DNA of 64,000 bases, taken from contig CM052817.1 of assembly GCA_028534125.1 (NCBI GenBank), forward strand, positions 73,348,001 to 73,412,000. Direction: 5' to 3'. How positions within the stretch are numbered: the first letter of the stretch is position 1; each line of letters begins with the position of its first letter. Shown here one piece after another: positions 39,735 to 52,516 of this stretch. The position numbers and the translations under genes are program-made. The stretch is from Lama glama. Its lineage: Eukaryota. The notes beneath the pieces are model-generated. The model made no database searches, was not told where the DNA came from, and saw only the letters and a program-made list of their open reading frames with translations.

Positions 39735-40175
39735 TTTTTTTTTGCTTTTCACTTTTTTATTACTCAAAAAAGCTTCATTTTTAAATTTAGCTTTCTGACT
39801 CTGTGCTTGTGCTTTCAACACCTTCACACCGATTTTCTGCTCCTCAGTAAGGAAAGCATGCCTGATCCTGTCACAGACACATTCAGCACACATGGAACCA
39901 CCATGAGTCCAGCTGACGTGTTTTAGACAGTCTCATAAGAACTTTAGGTCTCACAGTGTGAACTCCTCAAAGTCGGCCTGGGCACACGCCACATGTGGAT
40001 TTTGGTGCTTTCCCAACTTTCTTGGTATAAAGGTAAACAATTCTATTACCAGGGGTTCAGGACAGCCTAGTTTTGTTAGAGGCTGTATTGTAGGCCAGCC
40101 TATGACCATATGTCAAAAGCTGGACCAACCATTCTGAATGCCTCTAGATACTGTCTCTGAAAGGGGAAAAAGGAG
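39735..40175 (-). pseudogene. RPL34: Full-length processed pseudogene of 60S ribosomal protein L34
   Basis: Pyrimidine-rich 5' leader; ATG at 40132-40130 followed by a 4-bp duplication frameshift; [73 protein letters not shown] at 39756-39761; poly(A); TSD tcatttctttctt / tcattttcttctt at 39722-39734 and 40176-40188. Confidence 0.96.
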
Positions 40176-40379
40176 TCATTTTCTTCTTAAACTGGGCACT
40201 CTGCAAAATCCACTCTTAGCTCTCTTCTTTCACCATTGGCCAGGTGTGATAGCCCCCATCCTGGAGAAACCAGGAGAGACACCTTCATGCATTCAATTTG
40301 TGCAGAGACAGGTTGGGTTGGCTTAACCTTTGTGTGGTAATTGGTACAATTTATATTTCCACTCAGTGTTTATTGAATG

Positions 40380-40727
40380 TGTCTTAGTCTGTTCGGGCTG
40401 CTATAACCACATACCACAGACTAGGTAGCTTATAAACAATAGAAGTTTATTTCTCACAGTTCTGGAGGCTGGAAGTCCAAGGTCAGGATGTCAGCATGGT
40501 CCTGTGAGGATCCCCTTCCTCACTGCTAGCTTCTCATTGTTTCCTCACATGGCCAAAGAGGCTAGGGAACTCTCTGGGCCTCTTTATAAGAGTGCTAATC
40601 CATGCATGATGACTCCACCTTTATACCTAACCACCTTCCAAAGGCTCTACCTCCAAATGTTATAACATTAAGCCTTAGAATTTCAAAATATGAATTGTGG
40701 GAGGACACAAACATTCAGACCATAGCA
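40380..40727 (-). mobile_element. MaLR solo LTR (MLT1A/A0-like)
   Basis: tgtcttagtctgttcgggctgctataac ... gacacaaacattcagaccatagca. Confidence 0.88.
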
Positions 40728-40729
40728 TA

Positions 40730-42070
40730 GTGCTTTCAAAGTGGGCTAAGTAGCATAAGAGATAGATATGAATTAAGGCTTCCATCATGCCCTTAAGGAA
40801 GGAGCTTCCATCCATGTGTTGTCAGAGAAGTAAATAACTAAGTACCATATGCCTGGAAGCCAGGAAGCTCTCATAGAAGTGTAAGAAATGTGCCATAGGC
40901 GGCACAAAGAGGACTGATCCATGAGTTCTGACAGGCAAGTCACATTTGAGCTGGTCTTTGAAGGATAGAAAGTGAAATGGTAAAGAAAGAGGAGTGGCAA
41001 TGGAAGGTGAAATCCAGACCCAAGGAGAAGCATGAGTGAAAGCGTGGAGTAGGACCACACTTTCCACGGGAAGGCAGGTGTTTAAAAATTTATTGTCAGT
41101 TTAAACAGTTGAGATTTACAGACAGTGGGAAGTTTTGAAAGTTTTTGAGAAGAGATTTAACAGGATAAGACTGATGTTTAGAAAATAACTCTATATTATT
41201 TGTGAGCAACAGGGTCACAGAGAGAGTTAAGTCCCAGGAAAATCATCTTTTGGAAATCCCAGCAATGGGATGATATTGTTATACAACACGATCTTCTTCC
41301 CTCTCATGGGTTTTGTCCAGCAGAAGTGTGAGGGATGGACTTGCATGGAGATCAACCAGTGATGAATAAACCGGTTCCTGCAGTGCAGTAGTGAGAGTAA
41401 GAAAGGAGAGGAGGACATAAGAGACTTGCTAAGGTAGAGTCACGACTTGTGACCAGCTGGGGCAGGTAAGAGAAGTAGTCAAGTATAATAGGTGACTTTT
41501 AAGATTTCTAGGCCAAGAGACTAGGTGAGTGTTAGGTATCATTCACTGAGATGGGAGAGCAGGAAAAGGAGCAGGCTGTAGGGTAGAAGTGGTCAGGGAG
41601 AAGGGTAGGAAGGTCGAAGCTTATTACTTTGCTGAGTGTGAGTTACCTTGGGGATATTCAGTGAGAGAGCTTTAGCAGGCAGATAGGAACTCATATCTGG
41701 AGCTCACAAGAGAGGTCAGAACCAGGAAGTACAGGTTTATAGGCAGAGGCCTTGTGAGGTTGAGATTGCCTGGCAGCAGTGGTTTTCCACACTTCAGCAC
41801 ACGTCAGAGTTACCTAGAGGCCTTGTTAAAACTCATTGCGGGGCCTTAACCCTGGAGTTTCTGATGTAGTCTGGGATGGGCCCAGTAATTTGCAGCTCTA
41901 ACAAATTCCCAGGGGATGCTGCTGCTACTGACCTGGGGAACACACTTGGAGAAGCATCAGCCTAAGCAAACGTAGTGAAAGAAGAGGGCTGAGAGTGGGA
42001 ATTGGGGGGGGGGTGTCCAGGTTAAGAAGCAAGTAAAGGAAGAGGAGCTAGTGAGAGCTATTATGGATAT
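40730..42070 (-). mobile_element. L2 fragments
   Basis: catttgagctggtctttgaaggatag; cattcactgagatggg; atctggagctcacaagagaggtcag. Confidence 0.65.
41777..41960. mobile_element. MER5A hAT-Charlie element
   Basis: cagtggttttccacactt ... taacaaattcccaggggatgctg ... cacacttggagaagc. Confidence 0.8.
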
Positions 42071-42224
42071 ATCTTCGAGTTCCCTTGCATAGTAATGAAG
42101 ATAATTATACCTTAAATGTGTACATTACACCTATATATTTGCATAGAAGATATGCACATTTTCAGTATACAGTTAAGTAAGAAGTATCAGAAGAGAGCTG
42201 GAATCTCAGAAATCTGGTCTTTTT

Positions 42225-42368
42225 TTCCCAAATATTTTATTATTATTATTATTTTTAATATATGTATATTTTTAAATGGAGGTACTGGAGATTGAACTCA
42301 GGACCTCATACATGCTAAGCATATGCTCTTCCACTGAGCTATACCCACCCATGCATCCCCACTTCCCT
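42225..42368 (-). mobile_element. Camelid tRNA-derived SINE (vic-1 type)
   Basis: Antisense head at ~42277-42350; degenerate TSD gaaatctggtcttttt / gaaagtccggtctttttt. Confidence 0.88.
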
Positions 42369-42908
42369 GAAAGTCCGGTCTTTTTTGAGGAGTCCCTCTC
42401 ACTTGGTTTAATCCCTGAATGGCTTTCATTTGGGAGTCATCCACTTCCTACAAGTTTCAGCATTTAGTTCTCCATTAACTGATCAGCTTAACCCATTCCT
42501 GGAATTAAAAAGTCAAACCAAGTTAAAATCTGAGGATTCATGTGAGTTGCTTCTAGAAATTGAAATGGATTTTAATTTTTCTTATGAGGAAAATGAAAAT
42601 ATTGGTAACAAAAATAGCTCAGTGAGTGTTGGTATAATATGTTCTTGCTAACTGGGGTAAGTGGTTTCGATATATAGTTTCGTTTGAGGGGTGAGCTACA
42701 GCTGACCAGAATATGCACATAGAAGACTCAAACAAACAAAATCACATTGTGAGGAACTTGCTCATCAAGGTAAATTTTTAAAAACCCCTGCTAATAAAAA
42801 TACTGGAAAGTATAGAAATTAGTTAAAAAATATATCTATAATTCCATATTTGAGAAACAACCACCTCACTATGAAGATTTAGGTATTTCTTTTTAGTCTC
42901 ATATATAT

Positions 42909-43420
42909 TGTAGGGGAAGAAAACATTTTTTTCTTTTTTTTTACTACCTGCTTAGTTTCTCTGACTGGGGCCCTATAAACTGGACTGACAAAAGACAAAT
43001 TAACAAGAAGAAGGCAAACAAATTTAAGTTTTATGTGACATGGAGCCTTCTTAAGGGAATGAAAACCTGAAAAAGCAGTTAAACCTGAGTGTTTTTATAC
43101 TAGATTTGATGAAGAGTAGATAGTCATGGAAAAATGTGATAGGGCAAAAAAGAATGAGCTAAGGGTAGTAACTGGGGCAAACTTAGCAAGATCTGTTCAT
43201 TCAGATTCTTCTTTGTACCTCTCTGTCTCTAGAGATAATGATACTCCTTTCTTCCAGGTATAAGGAGGGCACCTCTCATGTGAGGGTCTTATGACCTGTT
43301 TCAGAAGAGAGAGGGGAAGTCAGAGAGTCCTTTCTGCATTTGTCATTTCTCAAATTCGTTTAGTTTATTCAATATGTCAAGGTGCCACATTTGAGGGTCA
43401 GTATATTCTGAGCTCCATCA
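42909..43420 (-). mobile_element. ERV1 solo LTR (MER34-like), copy 4
   Basis: TG...CA termini; 4-bp TSD atat at 42905-42908 and 43421-43424. Confidence 0.85.
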
Positions 43421-44159
43421 ATATTTAGAAACTTGAAATCAAATAATTGATTTAATTTATATCATGCTTTTTTCCACTGACCATTGTAATGTGGAAGTGG
43501 ACATGTAGTATCTTTTAGAAACTTTATTTTTTTTTGGCGGCACTGCATTCTAGTTTACCGTTGTATCATGATTTAACTATTGCTTCAAGTTATATCCTTT
43601 TTAAAATTTATTCTATTAAAATATAGTGAGGTAAAGATTAATATTCTTTTTTGTTTGATGGGGAATTTCTACTAAAATGCCATGAACAGAAATGAACCTT
43701 TGGAAACATGCTCTTTGCTGTTTAGATGTTTAGATGATACCTCATCTTAGTCTCATGGATGCATCTAGTGCTTACATTTGCTTAACAGTTTTACTTTTCT
43801 CAGTTTCTTTCATTTTGTTAGACGTGAGTCATCTGCTTGAGACAGTTTTTTTTCCTAATTGTATATGTGTACTTTTAACAATACTCAGTAGCAAACATGT
43901 ATTAAACTCTATGTATCAAGAAATATTAGGTGTTATGGGAAATTACAGATGTAAGTAAAATGGGGCCTCTGCTCTCAGAAAGATCATATGTAGTGAGGCA
44001 AAAATATGCTAAGACTATAAATGATAATCAAGTTTAGTTTACTGGTCAGCCACTCTGATCTAAAGTTCTAAATTAAAAGAAAGCAGTTGTTAAGCAACAG
44101 AAATTACATGTGTGTTTCCTCCCTTCTCTAGTGTTAGGGAAATAAATCATTGTGCTGAG

Positions 44160-44242
44160 AATGAACATTGATTATAAAATGCATCCCTGTTTCAGAAACA
44201 TTAAATGTGAAAACATATATATTTCAGAATTGAGAAACTATA
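44160..44242 (-). mobile_element. MER104-like TcMar-Tc2 fragment
   Basis: gattataaaatgcatccctgtttcagaaacattaaatgtgaaaa resembles the recalled consensus end. Confidence 0.45.
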
Positions 44243-46377
44243 ATTTATATGTATGTGTCTGATATGTATCTACCTACTCACCTATCATTTACCTATGTTT
44301 CGGCTTTTGAGCTACATTTCTTTTCCTCTTATATTACTTAAGGGAGTCTCATTTTCGGGCTGTTTTCATGGCCCTTTAACTCTTCTACCTGCCTCCAGTC
44401 ACTTCTGAGCTTGCTTATTACTTCCAGACTAATATTCCCAATCCTCAGCTTTCATCAGAACATAGTGATAACAAAGTCCATGCTGGCCCTGCGGCCACAG
44501 CTGGTCCTGGGATTGTCAAGACAGTTGATCTTTGTATTGGTCACAAACAAGACTATGGTCCTTCTGATAAGAACAGCAGAACCTTGAGAAGGCAATCAGG
44601 TGGCTGTCGCCAGCCCTTCTCTTTCAGTAGTTGTTGAAATTGGATAGCTCAACAGATGAGGTATGGAGAAAGCACACTGGACATAGTATACCAGAGTTTG
44701 AAGCCCGCCTTTGTTACCTATCTTGGTGTGTTTAATGAGGTCCCATGTAGTTTTGGTCAGCTTTTGTAGATCAGGATAATAACCATTCTAGCTCCCTCTG
44801 AAGACTGGTGAAAAAGAAATCAGCTCTGTGTAGGAAAGTGCTTTCAAGAGGATATGTTATTTTACAAGTATATAGAAGTTAAATTTTGTCAGCACCCTGC
44901 TGCTTCAGGGGTTGGCTAAACACAAATCCTGAAATGTTATGATTTCCAGTCAATTGCAATGTCAACAAACAAACATCTATGGAGGATACAGTGAGACCTC
45001 ATAGTGCTCATTGGGTCCTCTACTGGGGAGGCAGGGGCAAATAGAGCACAGTTCCTTTCCTTAAGGGGTTTGTCATGTCTGCTTCCTCTGAAGCAGGTCC
45101 CTGTACCTTGCTTACCCCCTTGCAATAAATAGTTGTGTCACAGAACCACATCTTTGAGAATGGATACCAGGTTGCTGGATTATTCCTGTTTATGTTTGGG
45201 GGGTGGGAGCAGGATGAGAGAGTGGCTTGACTGTCAGATAACCATCCCAGACACCGCTGTCTGGAACTGCATTTGTTGCTTTGCTAATTTTTTGTATGGC
45301 GAAAACTGAACTTGTAATAACTTCTGCCTTCTCAACATCACCTTTCTCAGGAAGCTCTAGTACTTACCACTGATTTCTGACTTGCTAGCCTTTATATCCA
45401 GCTGGATTCTAGGGAAGTCTAGTTTGTCCCAGAGTGGTCAGAAATGAAAGCCTGCTTCTGTGCAGGTTTCCTTATTGTCACTCAGTTTGTGTGATCTGCA
45501 GCTTCAACACTGTCTTCTTGGACTGTGGAAATAACTCTTTGGGTGAGGTCCTGGTATATTTTCTATAGCTACATATGTCTTATAAATGAGGAATAGGTAA
45601 ATTTTTTTGAAAAGTCTGGATTTTCTTTAAAAATCGCTTTGTTCTTATTAACAATTCAGTGTAATAGTACATAGATCATTTGCTTCTCATTTACTCACAT
45701 AATTATCTCAATTTTACAATGTACTAGAGACAGTCTCAGGCTTTACCACCAGATTTAGCATTTTTCTCAAATTCCTGGAGGGTGTAGTACTGTACATGAC
45801 TGTTTTATGTAAGCATTTAAATATATTTTAATTTCCTTTACATGATGATTTTATCAAACCATCTTCTCTTGCTTTCACCTGAACGTAATTTTAAAGCAAA
45901 TAAAAAATTTATGATAGAGCCTGACTCTGTTTTCCCAGAACAAGGGATGTATTGTAGAGCATCTTTCAAGGTTCCCTTTCCCCAGGAACTCTGCCAGAAG
46001 ACGGCGTCCTCCTCCCAGAGCCCCTCTTTGCTGCACCCAGTCTTTAGAAGTCAATGAAAACTCTGCAGTTGGAAGGCGCATTAGCCTCAGAGAGGCTGGC
46101 AGGAAGTGAATTTGCTTGTGTATCCCCAGTCAAGGACAATGCCATTAAGGGCTGCAAAACTACAATATCGCAGAGTAAAGATTTTCAAATTCTATTACTG
46201 GCACACCATTAAGACACTTTCATTTCATTTTGACCCAGGGCTGGAAACCCAAGTAAGAAAGCACAAGTAGTTGAGGTAGAACACAACTGTGATTATGATG
46301 AAAACAAGTGAATTCTACAAGGGAATCTCTATACTGAGTTAACTGTAGAGTAGCTCTCTGGGTGTTTGTTATACTTT

Positions 46378-47080
46378 TTTTTTGTTTGTTTATTTGTTTC
46401 TTATTGAGTCGTATGAGCTGCTTATATATTTTGGAGATCAAGCCTTTGTCGGTTTCACTTGCAAAAATTTTCTCCCATTCCGTAGGTTTTCTTCTTGTTT
46501 TATTTCTGGTTTCCTTTGCTCTGCANNNNNNNNNNNNNNNNNNNNNNNNNNNNNNNNNNNNNNNNNNNNNNNNNNNNNNNNNNNNNNNNNNNNNNNNNNN
46601 NNNNNNNNNNNNNNNNNNNNNNNNNNNNNNNNNNNNNNNNNNNNNNNNNNNNNNNNNNNNNNNNNNNNNNNNNNNNNNNNNNNNNNNNNNNNNNNNNNNN
46701 NNNNNNNNNNNNNNNNNNNNNNNNNNNNNNNNNNNNNNNNNNNNNNNNNNNNNNNNNNNNNNNNNNNNNNNNNNNNNNNNNNNNNNNNNNNNNNNNNNNN
46801 NNNNNNNNNNNNNNNNNNNNNNNNNNNNNNNNNNNNNNNNNNNNNNNNNNNNNNNNNNNNNNNNNNNNNNNNNNNNNNNNNNNNNNNNNNNNNNNNNNNN
46901 NNNNNNNNNNNNNNNNNNNNNNNNNNNNNNNNNNNNNNNNNNNNNNNNNNNNNNNNNNNNNNNNNNNNNNNNNNNNNNNNNNNNNNNNNNNNNNNNNNNN
47001 NNNNNNNNNNNNNNNNNNNNNNNNNGCAATTCTAGGTCTTTGATGGTTCCATATAAATTTTATTATGATTTGTTCTAGTT
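46378..47080 (-). mobile_element. Young L1 ORF2 fragment spanning the assembly gap
   Basis: Translation KPTEWEKIFASETDKGLISKIYKQL; perfect 17-bp TSD ggtgtttgttatacttt at 46361-46377 and 47081-47097. Confidence 0.9.
46526..47025. other. Assembly gap (500 N)
   Basis: Run of N. Confidence 1.
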
Positions 47081-48449
47081 GGTGTTTGTTATACTTTAAT
47101 GACCATAGTTGAATCTGTTTTTAATTTTCAATGGTATTTCCCTTTTAAAAATGCTATTTGTTGGTAATGCCTTGAAAGACTGCACTGGCAAATTTCTGAC
47201 TTCCATTCCTGCTGCCAGTGATAACAGTATTTTACATATTCTAGAAGTAATGAAAAACATCTAAGTTGTCTAAAAAGTAGAAATAGGCTCATATCCTTTA
47301 ATATTCATTGAAAAATTAAAAATTATTGTGTAAGAGACTGTCAACCATTAGTAAGATTTGACCCTATCTGGGTCCTGATTTAAAAAAAAAAAGTTGTAAA
47401 AAACACAAAAAACCCAAAAAACTTAACATATTATTTCTCATTCCTGGCTGGTTACACGGGAATGTTCACTTTGTAAAAATTCAGCAAGCTGTGTACTTAC
47501 AAATACTGCAACACAAAATATACATAAAAGTATTTATGAGACAAACAATGAAATTGAAGCAGTGATCAGATATTTCATAATGTTAACATGTTGTTAATTC
47601 TTAAAATGTGAAAATTTTTTATCATGTTTCTAAAAATCCTTATATTTTAAAGATATATAATGAAGTACTTATGGATGAAATCTAGAATTCCCTTAAAAAT
47701 AATCTAATGTATGTTTCTGTGGAAGAGGGTAGAAGTGAAACATGTTGGTCATGAATTGCTAATTTTAAAGCAAAGTGACTGGTACATTTGGTTTATTATA
47801 GTAGTCTCCTTGCTTTTGTTTATACTTACTGTTTTCCATAAAAAGAAGTGAAAAATATTTCTATGAAATAGTCCAGCTGTCCAAAAAGCTATAGAATATG
47901 ATAGTAGCTGAATAAAATAGTGCTTTTTAAAAAAAAATTAATCACCTCTAACTTTTATTTTGTATTCAGGGACACAATCAACCAGGATAGGAGGATTCTT
48001 TGCTCTGTCAAGAAGGCATATTTAAAAGCTAGCAAGCATCAGAGCAAAATTAAGTGCCAAGTCTATAAAAGAGACAGGGGGAAAATTACTAATAGTTATT
48101 TACTGCTATGCAAAGTTAACATATTACAACATAATATAAATATATTCAAAAGCTTCATTTCCAATACTTGACATTTCAGATTTTGAAAACACTAAAATTA
48201 TTGTCAAACAAAACTCAGACCAGATGATGTGCTTAATAAATGTTAATTTATTTAATCTTCCCTATACTCCTGTAAGATATATATTATTATTTTCCTCATT
48301 TTACAGATAAAGAAATTAGGTTAAACAAATTGTCTAGGGTCATAGAGCTAAATAATGGTGGATCCACATGGGTTCCTGTGAACCCATGTGTATCCTCTTT
48401 TAGCTTAAGAAATAAAACCTTTTTAATAGAGTCAAAGACCACTTACATG

Positions 48450-48531
48450 TGAGGTTGACCCATATATGACATTGCTATTTTTGTAGATCAAAAATTGTGG
48501 AACATTGGCAATGTCATGTGGTTTAACCCAA
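48450..48531. mobile_element. MADE2-like mariner MITE
   Basis: About 80 bp with long inverted termini ggttgacccatatatgacattgc ... gcaatgtcatgtggtttaacc. Confidence 0.75.
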
Positions 48532-49929
48532 CACCTTGTCCCAATTTTATCCTCCTCCCAACCCCCAGATAACTACCATCATTCCTATGCATTTATTTGT
48601 CCTCTTACTTCTTGTACATGTGTCCCTAACAGTAGATAGAATTGTTTCTCATGTTTTAAGATTTTATATGAATGACATAATACTGTTAGCATTTTAGCAA
48701 TTTGCATTTTACCCTCAATTTATGTTTAAGATATACATTTATGTTGATATTTTATGAATATATTGTGGTATACTCATACTCTGGGGTACTATACAATAGT
48801 GAAAATACATAAACTAAAGCTAAACTTTCCATTTTCTCTTATTTACAGTGTCACTTGTTAGTCTTTGGTGTACTTTCCATTTCAGAAACACAGATCTACA
48901 TCATTCCTTTTCATTAGCTGCATAGTATCTATTCATTGTATGGGTAAAGTAAGTGATTAGTTTATAAGTTAAACATTTAGGTGGTTTTCAATCTTTTGTT
49001 ACGACAAGCAATGCTCCTACAAATATATATGGCATACTTGTATAAGTATGTTCAAAGGATAAACTCCCATCAACAATGGCAACTTATATACTTTAAAATT
49101 AATGGGTAAAAATGCCTCATTAAACTTCTTTTGCTTCTCAAATATATTTGATTGGATTTTACTTGCTGCTCCCTGAAAATAGTCCAGATGGTTCTTTCTC
49201 ACTGATTCTCATGACAGACTATATTTCATCTGTTCTCACAGAAAAATATAGCTCCCCATAAGAGCAACTGGAAGTGTACATAGATAGACAAAGCAGATAA
49301 TGTGGTTGAACTGGAAGAGGTTTACTCAGTTAGACACAGTGACCAATAAAGTAAAACAAGAGGGAAAGAACCAGAAATATATATAGAGAGGGAGTCTACA
49401 TATAATAATATGTTATCTTGTAGAAATAACCTCAGTGAAGCTTTGGTGAAACAGCTGCTTGCTCTAGAGAGAAATCCATCTTCAAGGGTCTGGGGGCTGT
49501 GGATGTAAATGATGGAAGAGCTTGTACATCTGCATTGTTGGTGAGGCTATTTATCCTTTTCTACTGCCCAGTCTCTCATGCTTTTTTTGCTACCTCCCCT
49601 TGATTGGTAATATATCTTTTTGCCTCAGTCTGGATTATGAACAGCCTTTCTGGTGACCCACAATGCTTGAGACTCTTGGAAGTAGTGACTTTTTCTCTCA
49701 TAAAACCTGAAAAGATAAAAGGAAGCCTGAGCCTTAGTAATGAATATTGGGCACACCAAGGTGAATCTTCTCTGCCAGGCTGCTGTGGCCCTTGTGCTGT
49801 GGTACACACATTTGTAGAAAGAGGTGAGAAGTGCTGGAATGACTTTGGAAAATAAATTGTTACCACTTTTTTTTTTTTTTTACTTCTGGGAATGTGTGTG
49901 TGCGTATATGTGTGTGTGGTCTTAATTCT

Positions 49930-50230
49930 TATTTTCTATTGAAGTATAATCCTGATTTGCAACATTAGTTTTAGGTGTACAGCAAAGCAATTCAGTTATA
50001 CATACATGTGTGTATATATATATATGTATTTTTTTTTGCAGATTCTTTTCAATTACAGCTCATTACAAGAAATTTAATATAGTTTCCTGTGCTATACAGT
50101 AGGTCCTTGTTTATCTGTTTTGTTGTCAATCTATTGCTATATAGTAATGTGTATCTGTTAATACCAAACTCCTAATCTATCCCTCCCTCACCCTTTCCCC
50201 CCTGGTAGCCACAGTTTGTTTCTATGTCAC
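49930..50230 (-). mobile_element. L1 3' terminus
   Basis: tattgaagtataat ... atatagtttcctgtgctatacagtaggtcctt ... ttcccccctggtagccacagtttg. Confidence 0.85.
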
Positions 50231-50784
50231 TTGGTGTTTTTTTTTGTTTGTTTTTAATTGTAAGCTTTTCTGTTATTCCCATGTTAGCAATCCTTAGTAG
50301 CCAATGTTCCTGCATTGTAGGTTGATTCTTAGTTGAGATTATTTTGGAAAACTGAATACTTGCTTTTTTTTCCCCCTGACTATTAAGCATGTTTTGTAAA
50401 AGATTTCAGCTTGTATCCCTGCCCTCATTTCAGAGAGAGTCAAGGAAGATATTTCAGTTAGAGAATTATGGTTAAACATTTTCTTCAAGTGTAGTACTAG
50501 ACGTAAGAAAGAATTTTAACATCTTATTTCTTTAAACTTTCTTGCTACTTATGCTTTAAAAATCCTTATAAAGCAGACCCAGTTATGCATTACCAATTGA
50601 AACCATAAAGCCTTTAATATTTAAATTCAACTACAAGAAAAATCAATCTTATTTTGAGATAGCCTATAAATTTTTTACAATGTTGACCAAAATATTTTGG
50701 CTTGCAAAATCCATTCTTCACTGTGTGTGAAAAAAAAAATATATGGCAATGTGAGATTTGGATGTAGATGTATATCTTTTTAAA

Positions 50785-52300
50785 AAGAAAGCTTTGCTCC
50801 TTAGAGCAGTTTTAAGTTCACAGTGAAATTGGGAGAAAGGTACAGAGGTTTTCCATAGACCCCTTGCCCCAACACAAGTATAGCCTTCCCCATAATTGAC
50901 ATCACTCGTCAGATTGGTACATTTGTTACCAAGGATGAACTTCCATTGACACATCATTATCACCTAAAGTACATAGTTTACTTTAGGGTTCACTGTGTTA
51001 TACATTCTAATTCTATGAGTTGGACAAATCCTGTCAGAAAAGAATGTGAGTTGCTCTTGCTATACGTCCTTGCCAGTCTTTGATGTTGGCCAGCCTGATA
51101 GGTGTGTTGTGGAATCTCATTATTTTAATTTGAATTCCTTTGATGACATATGATGTGGAACATCTTTTCTTATGCTTATTTGCCATCTGTATATCTTCTT
51201 TGGTGAGATGTCTGTTAAGGAACTTGGAACTTTTAAAATCTGGTCATTTTCTTATTATTGAGTTTTAAGAGTTCTTTGAATATTTTGGATAACAATCCTT
51301 TTTCTGATGTGTCTTTTGCAAACATTCCCCACCCACCCCCAGTCTCTGCCTTGTCTTCTAATTCTCTTCATGTTGTCTTTTGCAGAGCAGATGTTTCAAT
51401 TTTAATGGAATCTAGCGTATCAGTTATTTCTTTCATGGATCATGCCTTTGGTGGTGGTGTATTCAAGGTCACCTGGAAATTTATCTTTATTCCATTGTAT
51501 TGCCTTTGCTCCTTTGTCAAAGATCAGTTGAATATATTTATTTGGGTCTATTTCTGGGCTCTCTATTCTGTTCCACTGATCTGTCTATTCTTTCACCAAT
51601 ACTACCCAGTTTTGACTACTGTAGCTTTATAGTAATTCTTGAAGTTGAGTAGCATCAGTCTTCCAGCTTTTTTCTTCTCCTTCAATATTGTGTTGGCTAT
51701 TCTGGATCTTTTGTCTCTGCATGCAAACTTTAGAATCAGTTTGTCAATATCTATAAGATAACTTGCTGGGATCTTGATTGGGATTGCATTGAATCAATAG
51801 ATCAAGTTTGGAAAAACTGACACCTTGACAATATTGAGTTCTCCTATCAATGAAGATGTGCTATCTCTCCATTGATTTAGTTCTTTGATTTCATTCATCA
51901 GAGTTTTGCTCACATAGATCTTGTACACATTTTGTTAGATTTATACTTAAGTATTTCATTTTTTTGGTGCTAATGCAAATGTTACTGTGTTTTTAACTTT
52001 AAATTCCATTTGTTCATTGTTGGTACATAGAAAGCAGCTGACATTTATGTATTAACATTTTTTCTGCAACCTTGTTATAATCACTTATTAACTTCAAGAG
52101 TTTTTAGTTTGATTCTTTCAGACTTTCTACATAAGTGATCATGTCATCTGCAGACAAAGACAATTTTATGTCTTCCTTCTCAATCTGCCTGTGTACCTAT
52201 TTCCTTTTCTTGCCTTACTGCATTAGCAAGGACTTCCAGTACGATTGCAAAGAAGTGGTGAGAGGGGATGGCCTTTCTTTATACCTGATCTTAGTGGGAA
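50785..52300 (-). mobile_element. L1MD-like fragments (3'UTR and ORF2)
   Basis: ttagagcagttttaagttcacag ... gattgggattgcattgaatc ... gatcatgtcatctgcagacaaagac. Confidence 0.85.
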
Positions 52301-52380
52301 TGTACATCTTTTTTGTGCATGAGAAAAAAAAGATTTAGAGAGCATCTGCTTATTTTGTTAATGCACCCCTTGATTTCTTT

Positions 52381-52516
52381 GGTCTATTTTTGGTGGGAGG
52401 AAGTAATTGGGTTTGTTTGTTTGTTTGTTTGTTTATTAATAGAGGTATTGGGGATTGAACCCAGGACCTTGTGCATGCTAAGCATGTATTCTACCACTGA
52501 ACTGTACCCTCCCCTG
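52381..52516 (-). mobile_element. Camelid tRNA-derived SINE (vic-1 type)
   Basis: ggggattgaacccaggaccttgtgcatgctaagc; degenerate TSD cccttgatttcttt / ccctagattttttt. Confidence 0.9.

Noticed and set aside
46220..47078. Long ORFs of 182-269 aa
   Set aside because: Artefacts of reading through the 500-N gap
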